Shown here piece after piece: positions 30,003 through 39,962 of a stretch of DNA of 64,000 bases. Origin of the DNA: Alkalispirochaeta sp. Lineage in GTDB: Bacteria > Spirochaetota > Spirochaetia > DSM-27196 > Alkalispirochaetaceae. The DNA is taken from NCBI GenBank assembly GCA_965242725.1, contig CBDESZ010000034.1, positions 32,001-96,000 on the forward strand. Direction: 5' to 3'. Each line of letters starts with the position of its first letter. The stretch's first letter is position 1. The position numbers were made by a program, and so were the translations under genes. The notes under the pieces were generated by a model. It was not told where the DNA came from. It made no database searches and saw only the letters and a list, made by a program, of their open reading frames with translations.

Positions 30003-31034
30003 TCAGTCCGTACTTGATGCCGACCAGAGGTTGATATTGCTGTCCACCGCAAAGGAATCTATCCGTTTCAGCTCATCCTCCGTCAGCTCGGGAGCCTCGG
30101 TGGCCGCGACATTTTCTTCAATCTGACGGAGACTGCTCGCACCGATGAGGACGGAGGTGACCTCCTTTCTCCGCAGCACCCACGACAGCGCCATTTGAGC
30201 AAGACTTTGGCCCCGCTCCCGGGCGATATCGTTGAGTCCGCGAATGCGGTCGAGCCGTTCCTTCGTCAGCATCTTCCTGCTCAATGCAGTGCCTTCCCGG
30301 CCGGCCCTGGAGTTTTCGGGAACGCCGTTGAGATACTTGTCCGTAAGCATTCCCTGGGCCAGCGGAGAAAAGGCTATGCATCCGATACCCTCATCGGTCA
30401 GCGCATCAAGAAGACCTTCATCTTCAACCCAGCGGTTCAACATGGAGTAGGACGGTTGATGAATAACGACGGGCGTTCCCATTTTCCGCAGGATCGCCGA
30501 TGCCTCCCGCGTCTTTTCCGCTGAATAGGAAGAGATACCTGCGTACAGCGCCTTGCCCTGTCGTACCGCCGTGTCCAGCGCGGACATCGTCTCTTCAAGC
30601 GGTGTGTCCGGGTCGAAACGATGGGAATAAAAGATATCCACATACTCCAGCCCCATGCGCTGCAGACTCTGATCCAGACTGGCCAGGAGATACTTCCGGG
30701 AACCCCATTCGCCGAAGGGTCCGGGCCACATGAGATAGCCCGCCTTGGTTGAAATAATGAGCTCGTCCCGATACGCCTTCAGATCCTGGGCAAAGATCTT
30801 ACCGAAGTTCTCTTCCGCAGAACCCGGGGGAGGACCGTAGTTGTTGGCCAGGTCAAAATGGTATATGCCCAGATCAAAGGCACCGCGGATCATCGTCCGT
30901 GCGTTATCAATTCGGTCCTCATCTCCGAAGTTGTGCCACAGCCCGAGGGAAACTTCCGGAAGGATGAGTCCGCTCCGCCCGCTTCTTCGTCGACTGCACC
31001 GTTCGTATCGTGATTCATTCGCTTTATATTCCAT
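30003..31034 (-). CDS. Aldo/keto reductase, L-glyceraldehyde-3-phosphate reductase (YghZ/MgrA type)
   Basis: SLGLWHNFG, FDLANNYGPPPGSAE, ISTKAGY, FSPLAQG. Confidence 0.92.
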   Translation of the reverse strand: MEYKANESRYERCSRRRSGRSGLILPEVSLGLWHNFGDEDRIDNARTMIRGAFDLGIYHFDLANNYGPPPGSAEENFGKIFAQDLKAYRDELIISTKAGYLMWPGPFGEWGSRKYLLASLDQSLQRMGLEYVDIFYSHRFDPDTPLEETMSALDTAVRQGKALYAGISSYSAEKTREASAILRKMGTPVVIHQPSYSMLNRWVEDEGLLDALTDEGIGCIAFSPLAQGMLTDKYLNGVPENSRAGREGTALSRKMLTKERLDRIRGLNDIARERGQSLAQMALSWVLRRKEVTSVLIGASSLRQIEENVAATEAPELTEDELKRIDSFAVDSNINLWSASSTD

Positions 31035-31124
31035 TGACTCAGTGTAGCGCCATCATCACGATTCCATCAACGGAGCGTCCCGTCGGCGTTACCTTCTATC
31101 ACCGAGGTGTGGTAGAATCGAAAC

Positions 31125-32033
31125 ATGACATCGTGGTTAACCGTAGAATTCTGGCAACCGATTATGCAGAGCGTGGTGGAGTGGTTCGTCCGCGTCGTAC
31201 CAGGCATCGCCCTCATTCTCATCATTGCCCTCGTGGCTTCCCGCCTCATGGGGAAGCTGCTGACCCGCATTTCCGCCACAATCACCCACAACCTGAAGAA
31301 ATCGGCAACCACCGACCCTGCAGAACTTGACAAGCGGGTGAACACCCTTACGGGAATCCTGCACGCCGCATTCCGTCTGATTTTCTGGCTCATTGTGGTC
31401 ATGCTCATACTGCGTCGCCTTGGAATAGACGTCGCCCCGATTATCGCCGGCGCCGGCATTCTGGGTCTCGCCGTTGGTTTCGGTGCCCAGGAGCTGGTCA
31501 GGGACTTCATTTCGGGCTTCTTTATTCTCATGGAGGATCAGATCCGCGTAGGCGACGTGGCGATCGTCAACGGGACGGGCGGCGTTGTAGAGCAGGTCGG
31601 TCTGCGGACGATCGTGCTCCGTGACGTTTCAGGGGTTGTCCACGTCTTTCAGAACGGCAAGGTCAACACGCTGTCCAACATGACCAAGGTGTGGTCGGCG
31701 ATGGTCTTTGACATCGGCGTCGCCTACAAGGAAGACACAGACAGGGTCATTGAGACGATGACCTCCGTCGCCGCGGAACTCCGCAAGGACGAGACTCTCG
31801 GGCCGGACATTCTGGAAGACCTCGAAGTCTTCGGAGTCGACTCCTTCGGCGACAGCGCGGTGGTCATCAAGGCACGGTTAAAGACAAAACCGATCCGTCA
31901 ATGGGCAATCGGACGGGAGTACCGACGTCGCCTGAAATATGCCTTTGATGCGGCAGGTATTGAGATACCGTTTCCCCACCGTACGCTATACTGGGGTAAC
32001 GATCAAAACGATCATCAGGAGGAATCCACATGA
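31125..32033 (+). CDS. Small-conductance mechanosensitive channel (MscS family, YbiO-like)
   Basis: GLAVGFGAQELVRDFISG, VGD, GIEIPFP. Confidence 0.93.
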   Translation: MTSWLTVEFWQPIMQSVVEWFVRVVPGIALILIIALVASRLMGKLLTRISATITHNLKKSATTDPAELDKRVNTLTGILHAAFRLIFWLIVVMLILRRLGIDVAPIIAGAGILGLAVGFGAQELVRDFISGFFILMEDQIRVGDVAIVNGTGGVVEQVGLRTIVLRDVSGVVHVFQNGKVNTLSNMTKVWSAMVFDIGVAYKEDTDRVIETMTSVAAELRKDETLGPDILEDLEVFGVDSFGDSAVVIKARLKTKPIRQWAIGREYRRRLKYAFDAAGIEIPFPHRTLYWGNDQNDHQEEST

Positions 32034-32764
32034 AGACCAGGGGTAGCTACCGTGTACCGGTTGTCGTCTCCGTTGTCCTGGTACTGTTATTCGCCGGGGC
32101 ACTCGCATCAGTTTCCGCACAGGCGGTGGGAGGCGGAATCTCCGTTTTTGTCCCGACCGATATGTTCCAAGGCAAGACGGGAAGCATCTCCTTTGAAACA
32201 TCAATGGAAACCGCCCTCGGGCTGGGGGACTACCTGAGTATTCCCGTCGGCGTGGCGTATAACCAGGTCTACGGCTCCGCAGGTACGGGAGAGCTGGACA
32301 ACGGTGAGAAAGTACACCCATCGGGACCGTGGTTTTATTCCGACAGTCTTCTCACCTACCTTCTTGCCCAGGTCCACATACCTGTCGGACCGGTCTACAT
32401 GGACATCTTCGGCGGAGGCGCAGCCAACTGGAACATTTCCCTCCGGCCTCTCTCGGACCGGATCGCCAGGGATCTGCAGGACGCAGGCGCATTTGACGCC
32501 ACAACGTCCGGAACAGTTGCCGTCACCGATCTCAACCTTGAGAGCGGCCTCGGATACGGGTGGGTCGCGGGTGCCTCTCTCGGGGTCCGCATCGATATGA
32601 TCAGCATCGGCGTGACCGCGGCGTATCGCCACGTGCTCCACGACCTGGAAATCTCCGGTACCTATTTTCGCCCCAATGAGGCGGAGGGCGACTTTACCAT
32701 CGATGAGCTGCAGGTGCTGATGAGCGGAGTGTCCATCGGCATAAACGGAAGTATAGAGCTTTAG
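32030..32764 (+). CDS. Hypothetical exported protein, probable beta-barrel
   Basis: Signal peptide ending SAQA; Gly/aromatic-rich strands; ATGA overlap with the mscS-family gene and GGAGG RBS. Confidence 0.65.
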   Translation: MKTRGSYRVPVVVSVVLVLLFAGALASVSAQAVGGGISVFVPTDMFQGKTGSISFETSMETALGLGDYLSIPVGVAYNQVYGSAGTGELDNGEKVHPSGPWFYSDSLLTYLLAQVHIPVGPVYMDIFGGGAANWNISLRPLSDRIARDLQDAGAFDATTSGTVAVTDLNLESGLGYGWVAGASLGVRIDMISIGVTAAYRHVLHDLEISGTYFRPNEAEGDFTIDELQVLMSGVSIGINGSIEL

Positions 32765-32786
32765 GTTTGCAGGTTATCGAGGGCTG

Positions 32787-33860
32787 ATGCCGTCCCAGAT
32801 TACACACGCCATTTGTGCTGAAGACAGTCTGCCAAGGTCGCACCGGTCAATTCTCGATGACCCCGTCCTTCACGGATGGCTCGCCTTCGGGGCACAAGGC
32901 CCGGACATCTTTTACCACAATCAGCGGCGTACTCCCCGGAGTATTCAGTACGGAACGCTTCTCCACCGTCACGGATACGGATATGTCACCGCCGCGATGG
33001 TTTCCTCCGCGCGGAAGCGCGGAGAGGGAACCGACGGCCCGACGGCGGCGTACATAGCCGGTTTTGTGGGACACGCCATTCTGGACCGGGTGCTCCATCC
33101 CTATATCAACTATCGTGCGGGCCGTCCCGTTTCCGGCCGACCGGAAACGGAAGCCCTGCGTTCAATGCACCCCTTTTTGGAGCGTCTCATTGACGTCGCA
33201 CTGCTGTTGCAACTGCGGGGAATCCATCCCCGGGAGTTCGACTTTTACGGGAAGATCGCGCCTCTTGAAGACACGTCCCGGGAGGCGTGGGTAACCTTCA
33301 TGGGCGAGGCGCTCCTTGACGGCGTTTCCCGTGCCGCGTCGGACGACCGGCTCGTGGAACGGCTGCACAACGCGTGGGCCGACGCCTTCGGGTATTACCG
33401 GTTTACCGAGCGTGTCGACGAGGTCTACATGGAAGAGGTCCTCGCCCGCGAAGGGGACGGGAAGGTACCGCTCCACTGGCTTACCATCGTTCATCCTCCC
33501 AACGTTCCCGATGATCTGGATGTATTGAATCTGGATCACCACATCTGGACCCACCCCTGCTCGTCCAAACGGACATCCCGGGAGAGCGTCGTCGATATGT
33601 ACCGGCGCGCCGCGGAAGAGACTCGAAACGTGATCACCCGTATCTTTGACCATTGGAATGACGCCGATCCGGATCAGCCCGACGAGACTGTCGTTTCCCT
33701 CGTTGGGGATTTCAACTTGAGCGACGGACGCCCCCGCAGGCGCCCCTGCAGGCCGCGGCACATGGATCCCCTTCCCCTTCCCCGGCTCCGGGACGCCATT
33801 ATCGCCTCCGTCCGTGCCGGCAGGGGAGGAGTCGTACACACACTGTCGGACCTGCTATAA
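32787..33860 (+). CDS. Zinc-dependent phospholipase C-like family protein
   Basis: MPSQITH, GAQGPDIFY, LLH, GHAILD..HPYI, H..LE..ID. Confidence 0.8.
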   Translation: MPSQITHAICAEDSLPRSHRSILDDPVLHGWLAFGAQGPDIFYHNQRRTPRSIQYGTLLHRHGYGYVTAAMVSSARKRGEGTDGPTAAYIAGFVGHAILDRVLHPYINYRAGRPVSGRPETEALRSMHPFLERLIDVALLLQLRGIHPREFDFYGKIAPLEDTSREAWVTFMGEALLDGVSRAASDDRLVERLHNAWADAFGYYRFTERVDEVYMEEVLAREGDGKVPLHWLTIVHPPNVPDDLDVLNLDHHIWTHPCSSKRTSRESVVDMYRRAAEETRNVITRIFDHWNDADPDQPDETVVSLVGDFNLSDGRPRRRPCRPRHMDPLPLPRLRDAIIASVRAGRGGVVHTLSDLL

Positions 33861-33867
33861 TCGGTCG

Positions 33868-34882
33868 ATGCTGTTTCCCGTCAGTGCCGTCGTCGTCGGT
33901 CTGATTCTTCTCGTTTTCAGCGCGGACCACTTTGTCACCGCCTCCGCCGCCCTGGCGCGCCGCCTGGGAATGTCCGCCCTGCTGGTCGGTATGATCATCG
34001 TCGGATTCGGAACCTCCGCCCCGGAGTTGCTTGTTTCCGCAATGTCTACCCTTCAGGGTGCCTACGGCATCGCCGTAGGCAACGCCTGGGGCTCCAACAT
34101 CGCCAATATCGCGCTCATCCTTGGAGTAACTGCCGTAATCTCCCCGATCGCCGTACACTCCCGGGTGATCCGCAGGGAGCTGCCTATCCTCTTTGTCGTC
34201 ACCGTGCTTGCCGCTATTCAGGCCTACGACAGCCGCATCGCCCGGTGGGAGGGAGTGGCACTTCTCTTCGTATTTCTCGGTATCCTCGGATGGTCGATCC
34301 GTGAAAACAGGCGGTCAGGGGACGATCCGTTCGCCGCGGAGGTGGAGTTGCTGGTAAACGCCGGGGGAGTCTCGGCACCGCCCGACTCCCCGGGCACAGG
34401 TATGGGCGCCCAATCGTCAACCACGACGACAATTCTCCGGATTATCGTTTCACTCGCGATCCTGGTCGGCGCCTCGCGCCTTCTCGTGTGGGGAGCGGTT
34501 GAAATTGCCCGGGCGATGGGGATCAGCGACCTCATCATCGGCCTCACGGTCATCGCCGTCGGGACATCCCTTCCCGAGCTCGCCTCGTCCATCGCTGCGG
34601 CACGGAAGGGGAGAAAACGATATCGCCCTCGGAAACATCATCGGTTCCAACCTCTTCAATACAACCGTCGTCGTCGGGATTTCCGCCGTTATTACGCCGC
34701 TCACCTTTGAGCGCGTCGCCCTTGTACGCGACATCCCGCTGATGGTGGTATTGACGGTCGCCCTCTTTGTCGTCGCCGTCGGTATCCGGGGACGGGCAGG
34801 GAGGATCAACCGCCTGGAAGGGGCGCTACTGGTCACGGGATGGGTGACCTATACTGCCTTTCTGGCACTCCAGTCGCTGTAG
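33868..34882 (+). pseudogene. Ca2+/Na+ antiporter (YrbG-like) with 1-nt frameshift
   Basis: Alpha-1 GTSAPE...GSNIANI and alpha-2 GTSLPE. The continuation GENDIALGNIIGSNLFN is in another frame after the G4 run at 34608-34611. Confidence 0.85.
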
Positions 34883-34906
34883 GGCCGCTCCCGGAGGGAT
34901 ACGCCG

Positions 34907-36235
34907 TTACGCCCCATGTCCACGGTTCCGTCGGAGGAGGAGCCCGCCGACGGCAATCACCGCCGTTATGACGAGAAAATGGACGAACATATCTTTCTGA
35001 ATTGCTCCCCAGATGATGTACAACGATCCCGCCCCCGCGAAAAGAGGAGAAACGTACCGGCCGAGGATTCCTCCTTCCCGGTAGGTTTTTATGACCCAGT
35101 AGTATATGGCGATATAGATGACGTAGAGAAAGGCGATTGGGAGTTCCGAAATATCCATAAATCCACCCCACCAGCCGTTGAAGTTTCCATACCACACCAC
35201 GAGCCACAACGACGACAACAGGAAACCCAGCACCGCGGAGTTGCGGGTGCTGTTTGTCCGTTCGTCGACGACACGGAACATCGCAGCACCGGGCCCCATG
35301 TTGCGGCTGGCAATGGCATACATTCCCCGTGCGGACCCCATCACCAGCCCGTTCAGCGTTCCCAGGCAGGAGATCACCACGAAGACCGTCAGGATCGTTC
35401 CGCCGAATCTCCCGAATACGATTGAAAGTACCTCAACCGGCGCCGCATCCCCGGCGCGGATCACCTCGGCGTTGGAAAGAACCCCGGCGATACCGAGATA
35501 GTAGGTCATGTATACGATCACCACGACGAGAGTCCCCACAACAAGGGCGCGGGGCAGCGTGCGTTTCGCATCCCGGAGCTCCGCGTTGATCGATGTGGCG
35601 ATGATCCACCCTTCATAGGCGAACGCCGTCGCCAGCGTTGCAACGGCCAATCCGCCGCCCTGGGCAACACCCTCGGCGGCGTGCGCAAAACTTTCCACGG
35701 TCTGGCCGTTTATCAGCCCGGCAACGAGTCCCACCGCCGCAACAAAGGCGAGGGGAATGAGCTTGATAACCGTAGCCGATACCTGCCACTTCCCCGCAAG
35801 GACGGGAGAAAAGATATTGAGGAGAAAAAAGAGGAGGAGATAGGCAAAGGAAATCGCCCACAACCCGCTTTCCAGGCCGAACAATCCGACTGTGTAATTG
35901 GCGGAAACCCAGGAAAGCACGGCAACCAGCGTCGGATAGTAGACGATGGTCATGAACCATGCGACGTGGTACGCCGCCTTCTCACCGTATGCCGCCTCAA
36001 AATAGTCGACGACTCCGTTCACCCGCTCGACACGGGTTGCAATGCGGGAGAATACGTAGGCCGTGACAATCATGATGGCTCCGCCGATTATCCATGCAAC
36101 CATTGCGACGGGAAGGCGCCCCCCCGAAGCAACGAGCACATCGTCGGCCTTGAAGAAAACCCCCGACCCGATGACGATACCGACCACCATCGCCGTCGCG
36201 GTCCAGAATCCATATTTCTTTTGCAGATCTTCCAC
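34907..36235 (-). CDS. APC-family amino acid permease
   Basis: GIVIGSGVFF, FAYEGW, LGTLNG; 12 TMs; AAGGAG RBS with GTG start. Confidence 0.92.
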   Translation of the reverse strand: MEDLQKKYGFWTATAMVVGIVIGSGVFFKADDVLVASGGRLPVAMVAWIIGGAIMIVTAYVFSRIATRVERVNGVVDYFEAAYGEKAAYHVAWFMTIVYYPTLVAVLSWVSANYTVGLFGLESGLWAISFAYLLLFFLLNIFSPVLAGKWQVSATVIKLIPLAFVAAVGLVAGLINGQTVESFAHAAEGVAQGGGLAVATLATAFAYEGWIIATSINAELRDAKRTLPRALVVGTLVVVIVYMTYYLGIAGVLSNAEVIRAGDAAPVEVLSIVFGRFGGTILTVFVVISCLGTLNGLVMGSARGMYAIASRNMGPGAAMFRVVDERTNSTRNSAVLGFLLSSLWLVVWYGNFNGWWGGFMDISELPIAFLYVIYIAIYYWVIKTYREGGILGRYVSPLFAGAGSLYIIWGAIQKDMFVHFLVITAVIAVGGLLLRRNRGHGA

Positions 36236-36361
36236 GATGCTGTACTCCTTTGAAGATAAACCCGCCGATTCGGGGCGGGGCAGACGATACCACGGATCGG
36301 AGGGAAACGCCAGAATCGTTGGCTGGACGCCCCGGTTCCCGGCGCGCTATTGTTATAGGTG

Positions 36362-37492
36362 ATGCGACTCCCCGAGCTCGATTCCGCGGACATTCCCTAT
36401 CGCTTTCTCGGCACGACGGCGCTCGACCGTTTTGTCGGCCTGCCGGCGAGTCCGATACTCTTTGCGGAAGCGGAAACGGACATGGTCAGACTGGCGACAC
36501 TCTTTGATCAACCGTCCTTTCCGGGATTGCCGGCGTGGGACTTGCTCGTTCGGTCGGGCGGCCGCGATGTCTTTCTCAGGGGGGATGACGGTTTTCCCGG
36601 CCATTTCAACCCTCTCATGACCTTTTCCTGGGACCCCGTCCGTCGCGCCTTTCAGGACCCTCACGGTCTCTACCCGCTGCTCAAGGATCTGCGTTCTCAC
36701 CTCCGGAGCGGTGTCGATCCGCGGGTCGATCCTGTTCACATGGAAGAGTACAAGGATATCCACGACGCCGTCGGACCGCTCGATGCGACCACCGCCGCGA
36801 TTATCGCCTCGCGACTGCCGGTATCGATCCCGCGCCGGCACATCCGTCCCTGGGTGAAGAACAGCGCATTCCCGCCCCTCTACTACCGAAACATTCTTGT
36901 GGAAATTGTAGGTGGACCGTGGCCCGACAGAGGCCTTGAAATCCTCCGGACTTCCGGCTTTCTCGCGGACATCCTTCCCGAGCTCGACGCCCTCACCGGT
37001 GTGGACCACAGTAAAGAGGGGCATCCCGAAGGAAACGGCTGGCGTCACACCATCGAGACCTTCCGGTACCGAAAGAGCCGTGATATCACCGTCGGTCTCG
37101 CCCTTCTCCTCCACGACTGCGGCAAACCGTTTTCACTTTCCAACGGTGAACGACGATTTGACGGGCATGCGGACATCGGATCCCGACGGGCAACGGAAAT
37201 GCTCCGTCGTCTCGAATTTTCTACCGAAACGATCGAAACGGTACGCTGGCTCGTCAGATTCCACATGATACCCGGTGCACTTCATCGCCTGCCGGACCAC
37301 AGGCGTGATCCGATCATGCGTTCTCCCCTCTTTCCGTTGTTGCTGGAGGTGTATCGGTGCGATTTGAGCTCAACCTTTCGCGGTCCGGAAAACTACTATC
37401 GGGCGTGCACAATTTACCGCCGCTTTCTGAAGTCCCGCCGGCGGGAAGCCGTCATACCGTCCAGGGAAATGATGGCCATGTATATCGAGTGA
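36362..37492 (+). CDS. HD-domain protein resembling the C-terminal part of a CCA-adding enzyme
   Basis: HPEGNGWRHT, LLHDCGKP, FDGHADIG, VRFHM; degenerate N-terminal nucleotidyltransferase-like region. Confidence 0.75.
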   Translation: MRLPELDSADIPYRFLGTTALDRFVGLPASPILFAEAETDMVRLATLFDQPSFPGLPAWDLLVRSGGRDVFLRGDDGFPGHFNPLMTFSWDPVRRAFQDPHGLYPLLKDLRSHLRSGVDPRVDPVHMEEYKDIHDAVGPLDATTAAIIASRLPVSIPRRHIRPWVKNSAFPPLYYRNILVEIVGGPWPDRGLEILRTSGFLADILPELDALTGVDHSKEGHPEGNGWRHTIETFRYRKSRDITVGLALLLHDCGKPFSLSNGERRFDGHADIGSRRATEMLRRLEFSTETIETVRWLVRFHMIPGALHRLPDHRRDPIMRSPLFPLLLEVYRCDLSSTFRGPENYYRACTIYRRFLKSRRREAVIPSREMMAMYIE

Positions 37493-37508
37493 ATCTGCCT
37501 CTCCGCAC

Positions 37509-38828
37509 TCAGTGCACGAAGCGTTCCATCAGCACTGTCCGCAGACTTTCAACGGTATTGTCAATGATCACCGATTCTTTCCTGAGCTGTAGCAGCCGTG
37601 CAAGGCGCTCCGGAATCTCCGGTTCACTTCCCGTGGCGCGTCGGCAGACCTCGACGAATTTTCCGGGATGGGCGGTCGCAAGGGTTACGATAGTCGTATC
37701 GCTCCCCGGTTCCACGGCGAGACGCTGCCGGGCGGCATAGACGCCCGTTGCCGTATGGGGACAGACAAACTCCCCGGTATCCTCGTATACCTCTTTCATG
37801 ACGCGGTAAATTGTGGCGTCGTCTGCGACGACACCCGATAATACGCCGGAAATATCGAGGACACCGCCGGAAAAAATCGCCCGGAGCCGCTCAAAGTTGC
37901 TTGGATCACCGACATCCATGGCGTTCGCTGGTGTGGCGATGGAAGGGCGCGGAGCGTACACGCCCGTCTCGAGATACTCCGGAATGACGTCATTGGCGTT
38001 GGTTGCGGCGATAAAATCAGCCACAGGCATTCCCCACCGCCATGCAAGAACCCCTGCGGTCAGATTTCCAAAGTTACCGCTGGGGACGCAGAAGACGAGT
38101 TCATCCTGAATCCGCTCCTTCAGCTGGGCAAAGGCCCACAGGTAATAGAAGCTCTGGGGGATGAGACGCCCCACATTGATGCTGTTGGCCGAGGTGAGGC
38201 GCAGGTTTTCCCGGAGAAGGGGATCCACAAACGCCTCCTTGACCATGCGCTGGCAGTCGTCAAAGTTCCCCTGAACTTCCAGGGCGGTCACATTCCCCCC
38301 CAGCGTCGTCAGCTGCTGCTCCTGCAGGGGGCTGACCCTTCCCGAGGGATAGAGGATCACCACATCGATATTTTCCCTTCCGTGAAATGCGTGGGCGACG
38401 GCGCTTCCCGTATCTCCGCTGGTCGCGGTAAGGATGACCGCCCGGTCGTTTTTCCGTGCCAGTTCCCGTTCCATGACGGCGGCCAGAAAGGAAGCGCCGA
38501 AATCCTTGAACGCACAGGACGGACCGTGGAAGAGTTCAAGCAGCACGATACCCGGCTGGAGTCGGGAAAGGCGCGGTTCAAAGGGAAAGGCGTCAAGAGC
38601 AAGCTTCCGGGCGGCGGCAGCGTCATATCTCTCGGGAAAAAGGGCCTGTATCATCGCACCCGCAACATCGACAAATGTCGCATCCGCGCCGATGCTTCGA
38701 ATCAGCGCCCGTAAATCCGGTTCCGTCGCCGGATGGAACAGACCACCGTCAGGTGCGAGCCCCTGGAGGACGGCTTCCCCGAAGGACACATGGTCGCCTC
38801 CCGGATTTCTCGTGCTAATGAAATTCAT
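37509..38828 (-). CDS. thrC: Threonine synthase
   Basis: GLAPDGGL, ELFHGPSCAFKDFG, TATSGDTG, SANSIN, PSGNFGN, TAHPGKF. Confidence 0.96.
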   Translation of the reverse strand: MNFISTRNPGGDHVSFGEAVLQGLAPDGGLFHPATEPDLRALIRSIGADATFVDVAGAMIQALFPERYDAAAARKLALDAFPFEPRLSRLQPGIVLLELFHGPSCAFKDFGASFLAAVMERELARKNDRAVILTATSGDTGSAVAHAFHGRENIDVVILYPSGRVSPLQEQQLTTLGGNVTALEVQGNFDDCQRMVKEAFVDPLLRENLRLTSANSINVGRLIPQSFYYLWAFAQLKERIQDELVFCVPSGNFGNLTAGVLAWRWGMPVADFIAATNANDVIPEYLETGVYAPRPSIATPANAMDVGDPSNFERLRAIFSGGVLDISGVLSGVVADDATIYRVMKEVYEDTGEFVCPHTATGVYAARQRLAVEPGSDTTIVTLATAHPGKFVEVCRRATGSEPEIPERLARLLQLRKESVIIDNTVESLRTVLMERFVH

Positions 38829-38897
38829 CGATCCTCTCCCCTTTTCGTTGAATTACCGTTGTGTTCCACTGTAACCAGACGGTACCATACGCGCAAC

Positions 38898-39959
38898 ATG
38901 GGCAAAAAATGGGCGTATGTCGTATGTGCGCTGTACATTGTTTCTACCGGATGTGTGACGCAGTTGCAACCGCCGATTCAGAAATCCGTCTCGCCGACCG
39001 GGGATGTTCACCGGGAGACGTCCGTTCCTGAAGAGGGGGAGGCGGCGGTACCGGAAGAGGAAACAGCGCCGACCCTCGTCGATTACACCCCTGAAGAGCT
39101 GCAATCGTATATAGAAGGCGATCTCACGTCAGGCTATCGGGTCGTGACGTTTGAGGGAGATCGTCTCGTTCAGATTTCGTCGCCCCCCGGCATGGAACGG
39201 AAAGCACTCATCGCAATTGTTTCAAACGACCGGCAGCTCGCCCTGTATCGGGATTCCCTCACCACTTCGGGCCGTTCCGAAGGCGCACAATCGATAGAAC
39301 CGCTGGCCCTGCAGGTCTCGGTGCTGTCCGCCGACAGCCTGCAAATTGATGGTCGTCGCGGTGACAACTGCCCCAACGGGTTTCACCTCACCGTCTTTGC
39401 GTCCGACCGTGAGGAGGAACTCTTTGTGGTTGTGACCGCCGCGGGAAGTTACGCCGTCAGGACACCCTTTTCAGCGGTGAATCAGACGGTAGTCCGCGAT
39501 CTGAACGACGACGGTCTCCGTGAGCTGGTCCAGTATTCCCGCGTATTCGAGGCGGGCGGTCGCAGGGAATTGATCGTCGATGCCTTTGAATGGGACGGCA
39601 GCGGTTTCATCCATACCGGATCGCTGCCACTCCTTCGCCGCGTCAACTCGCGGCTCAAGGCGCTGAAAGAGCAGCTGGAAGCGGCCGAAGAGGGAGAAAA
39701 TCGCTTTGATGCGGCGCTGAAAAGTTATGAGGACGAACGAAAACCTTCAGATTTCTTTCCCGTTTCGAGTGTGAGAGTACCGGAGCTCATGGAGGTACCC
39801 GGCGATCTGGGACGCAGTCACTGGCAACTTGAACACGATATCGCCGTCCTCGGCGGAGATGGTGTGCCCGTTATTTACCGGGTCACCATAGATATCCGGG
39901 CAAATCCCTTTGCGGCGTTTCCCGTCCGGATCGCACAGCTTGACGACCAGGGAGAATAG
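38898..39959 (+). CDS. Hypothetical lipoprotein
   Basis: MGKK plus hydrophobic stretch and STG-C; one DLNDDGLRE Ca-binding-like motif; 3 nt upstream of murA. Confidence 0.7.
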   Translation: MGKKWAYVVCALYIVSTGCVTQLQPPIQKSVSPTGDVHRETSVPEEGEAAVPEEETAPTLVDYTPEELQSYIEGDLTSGYRVVTFEGDRLVQISSPPGMERKALIAIVSNDRQLALYRDSLTTSGRSEGAQSIEPLALQVSVLSADSLQIDGRRGDNCPNGFHLTVFASDREEELFVVVTAAGSYAVRTPFSAVNQTVVRDLNDDGLRELVQYSRVFEAGGRRELIVDAFEWDGSGFIHTGSLPLLRRVNSRLKALKEQLEAAEEGENRFDAALKSYEDERKPSDFFPVSSVRVPELMEVPGDLGRSHWQLEHDIAVLGGDGVPVIYRVTIDIRANPFAAFPVRIAQLDDQGE

Positions 39960-39962
39960 CAG

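Noticed and set aside
36236..36358. Possible amino-acid riboswitch or T-box upstream of the APC permease
   Set aside because: The leader is too short and holds only one small hairpin, with no lysine, glycine or T-box consensus.
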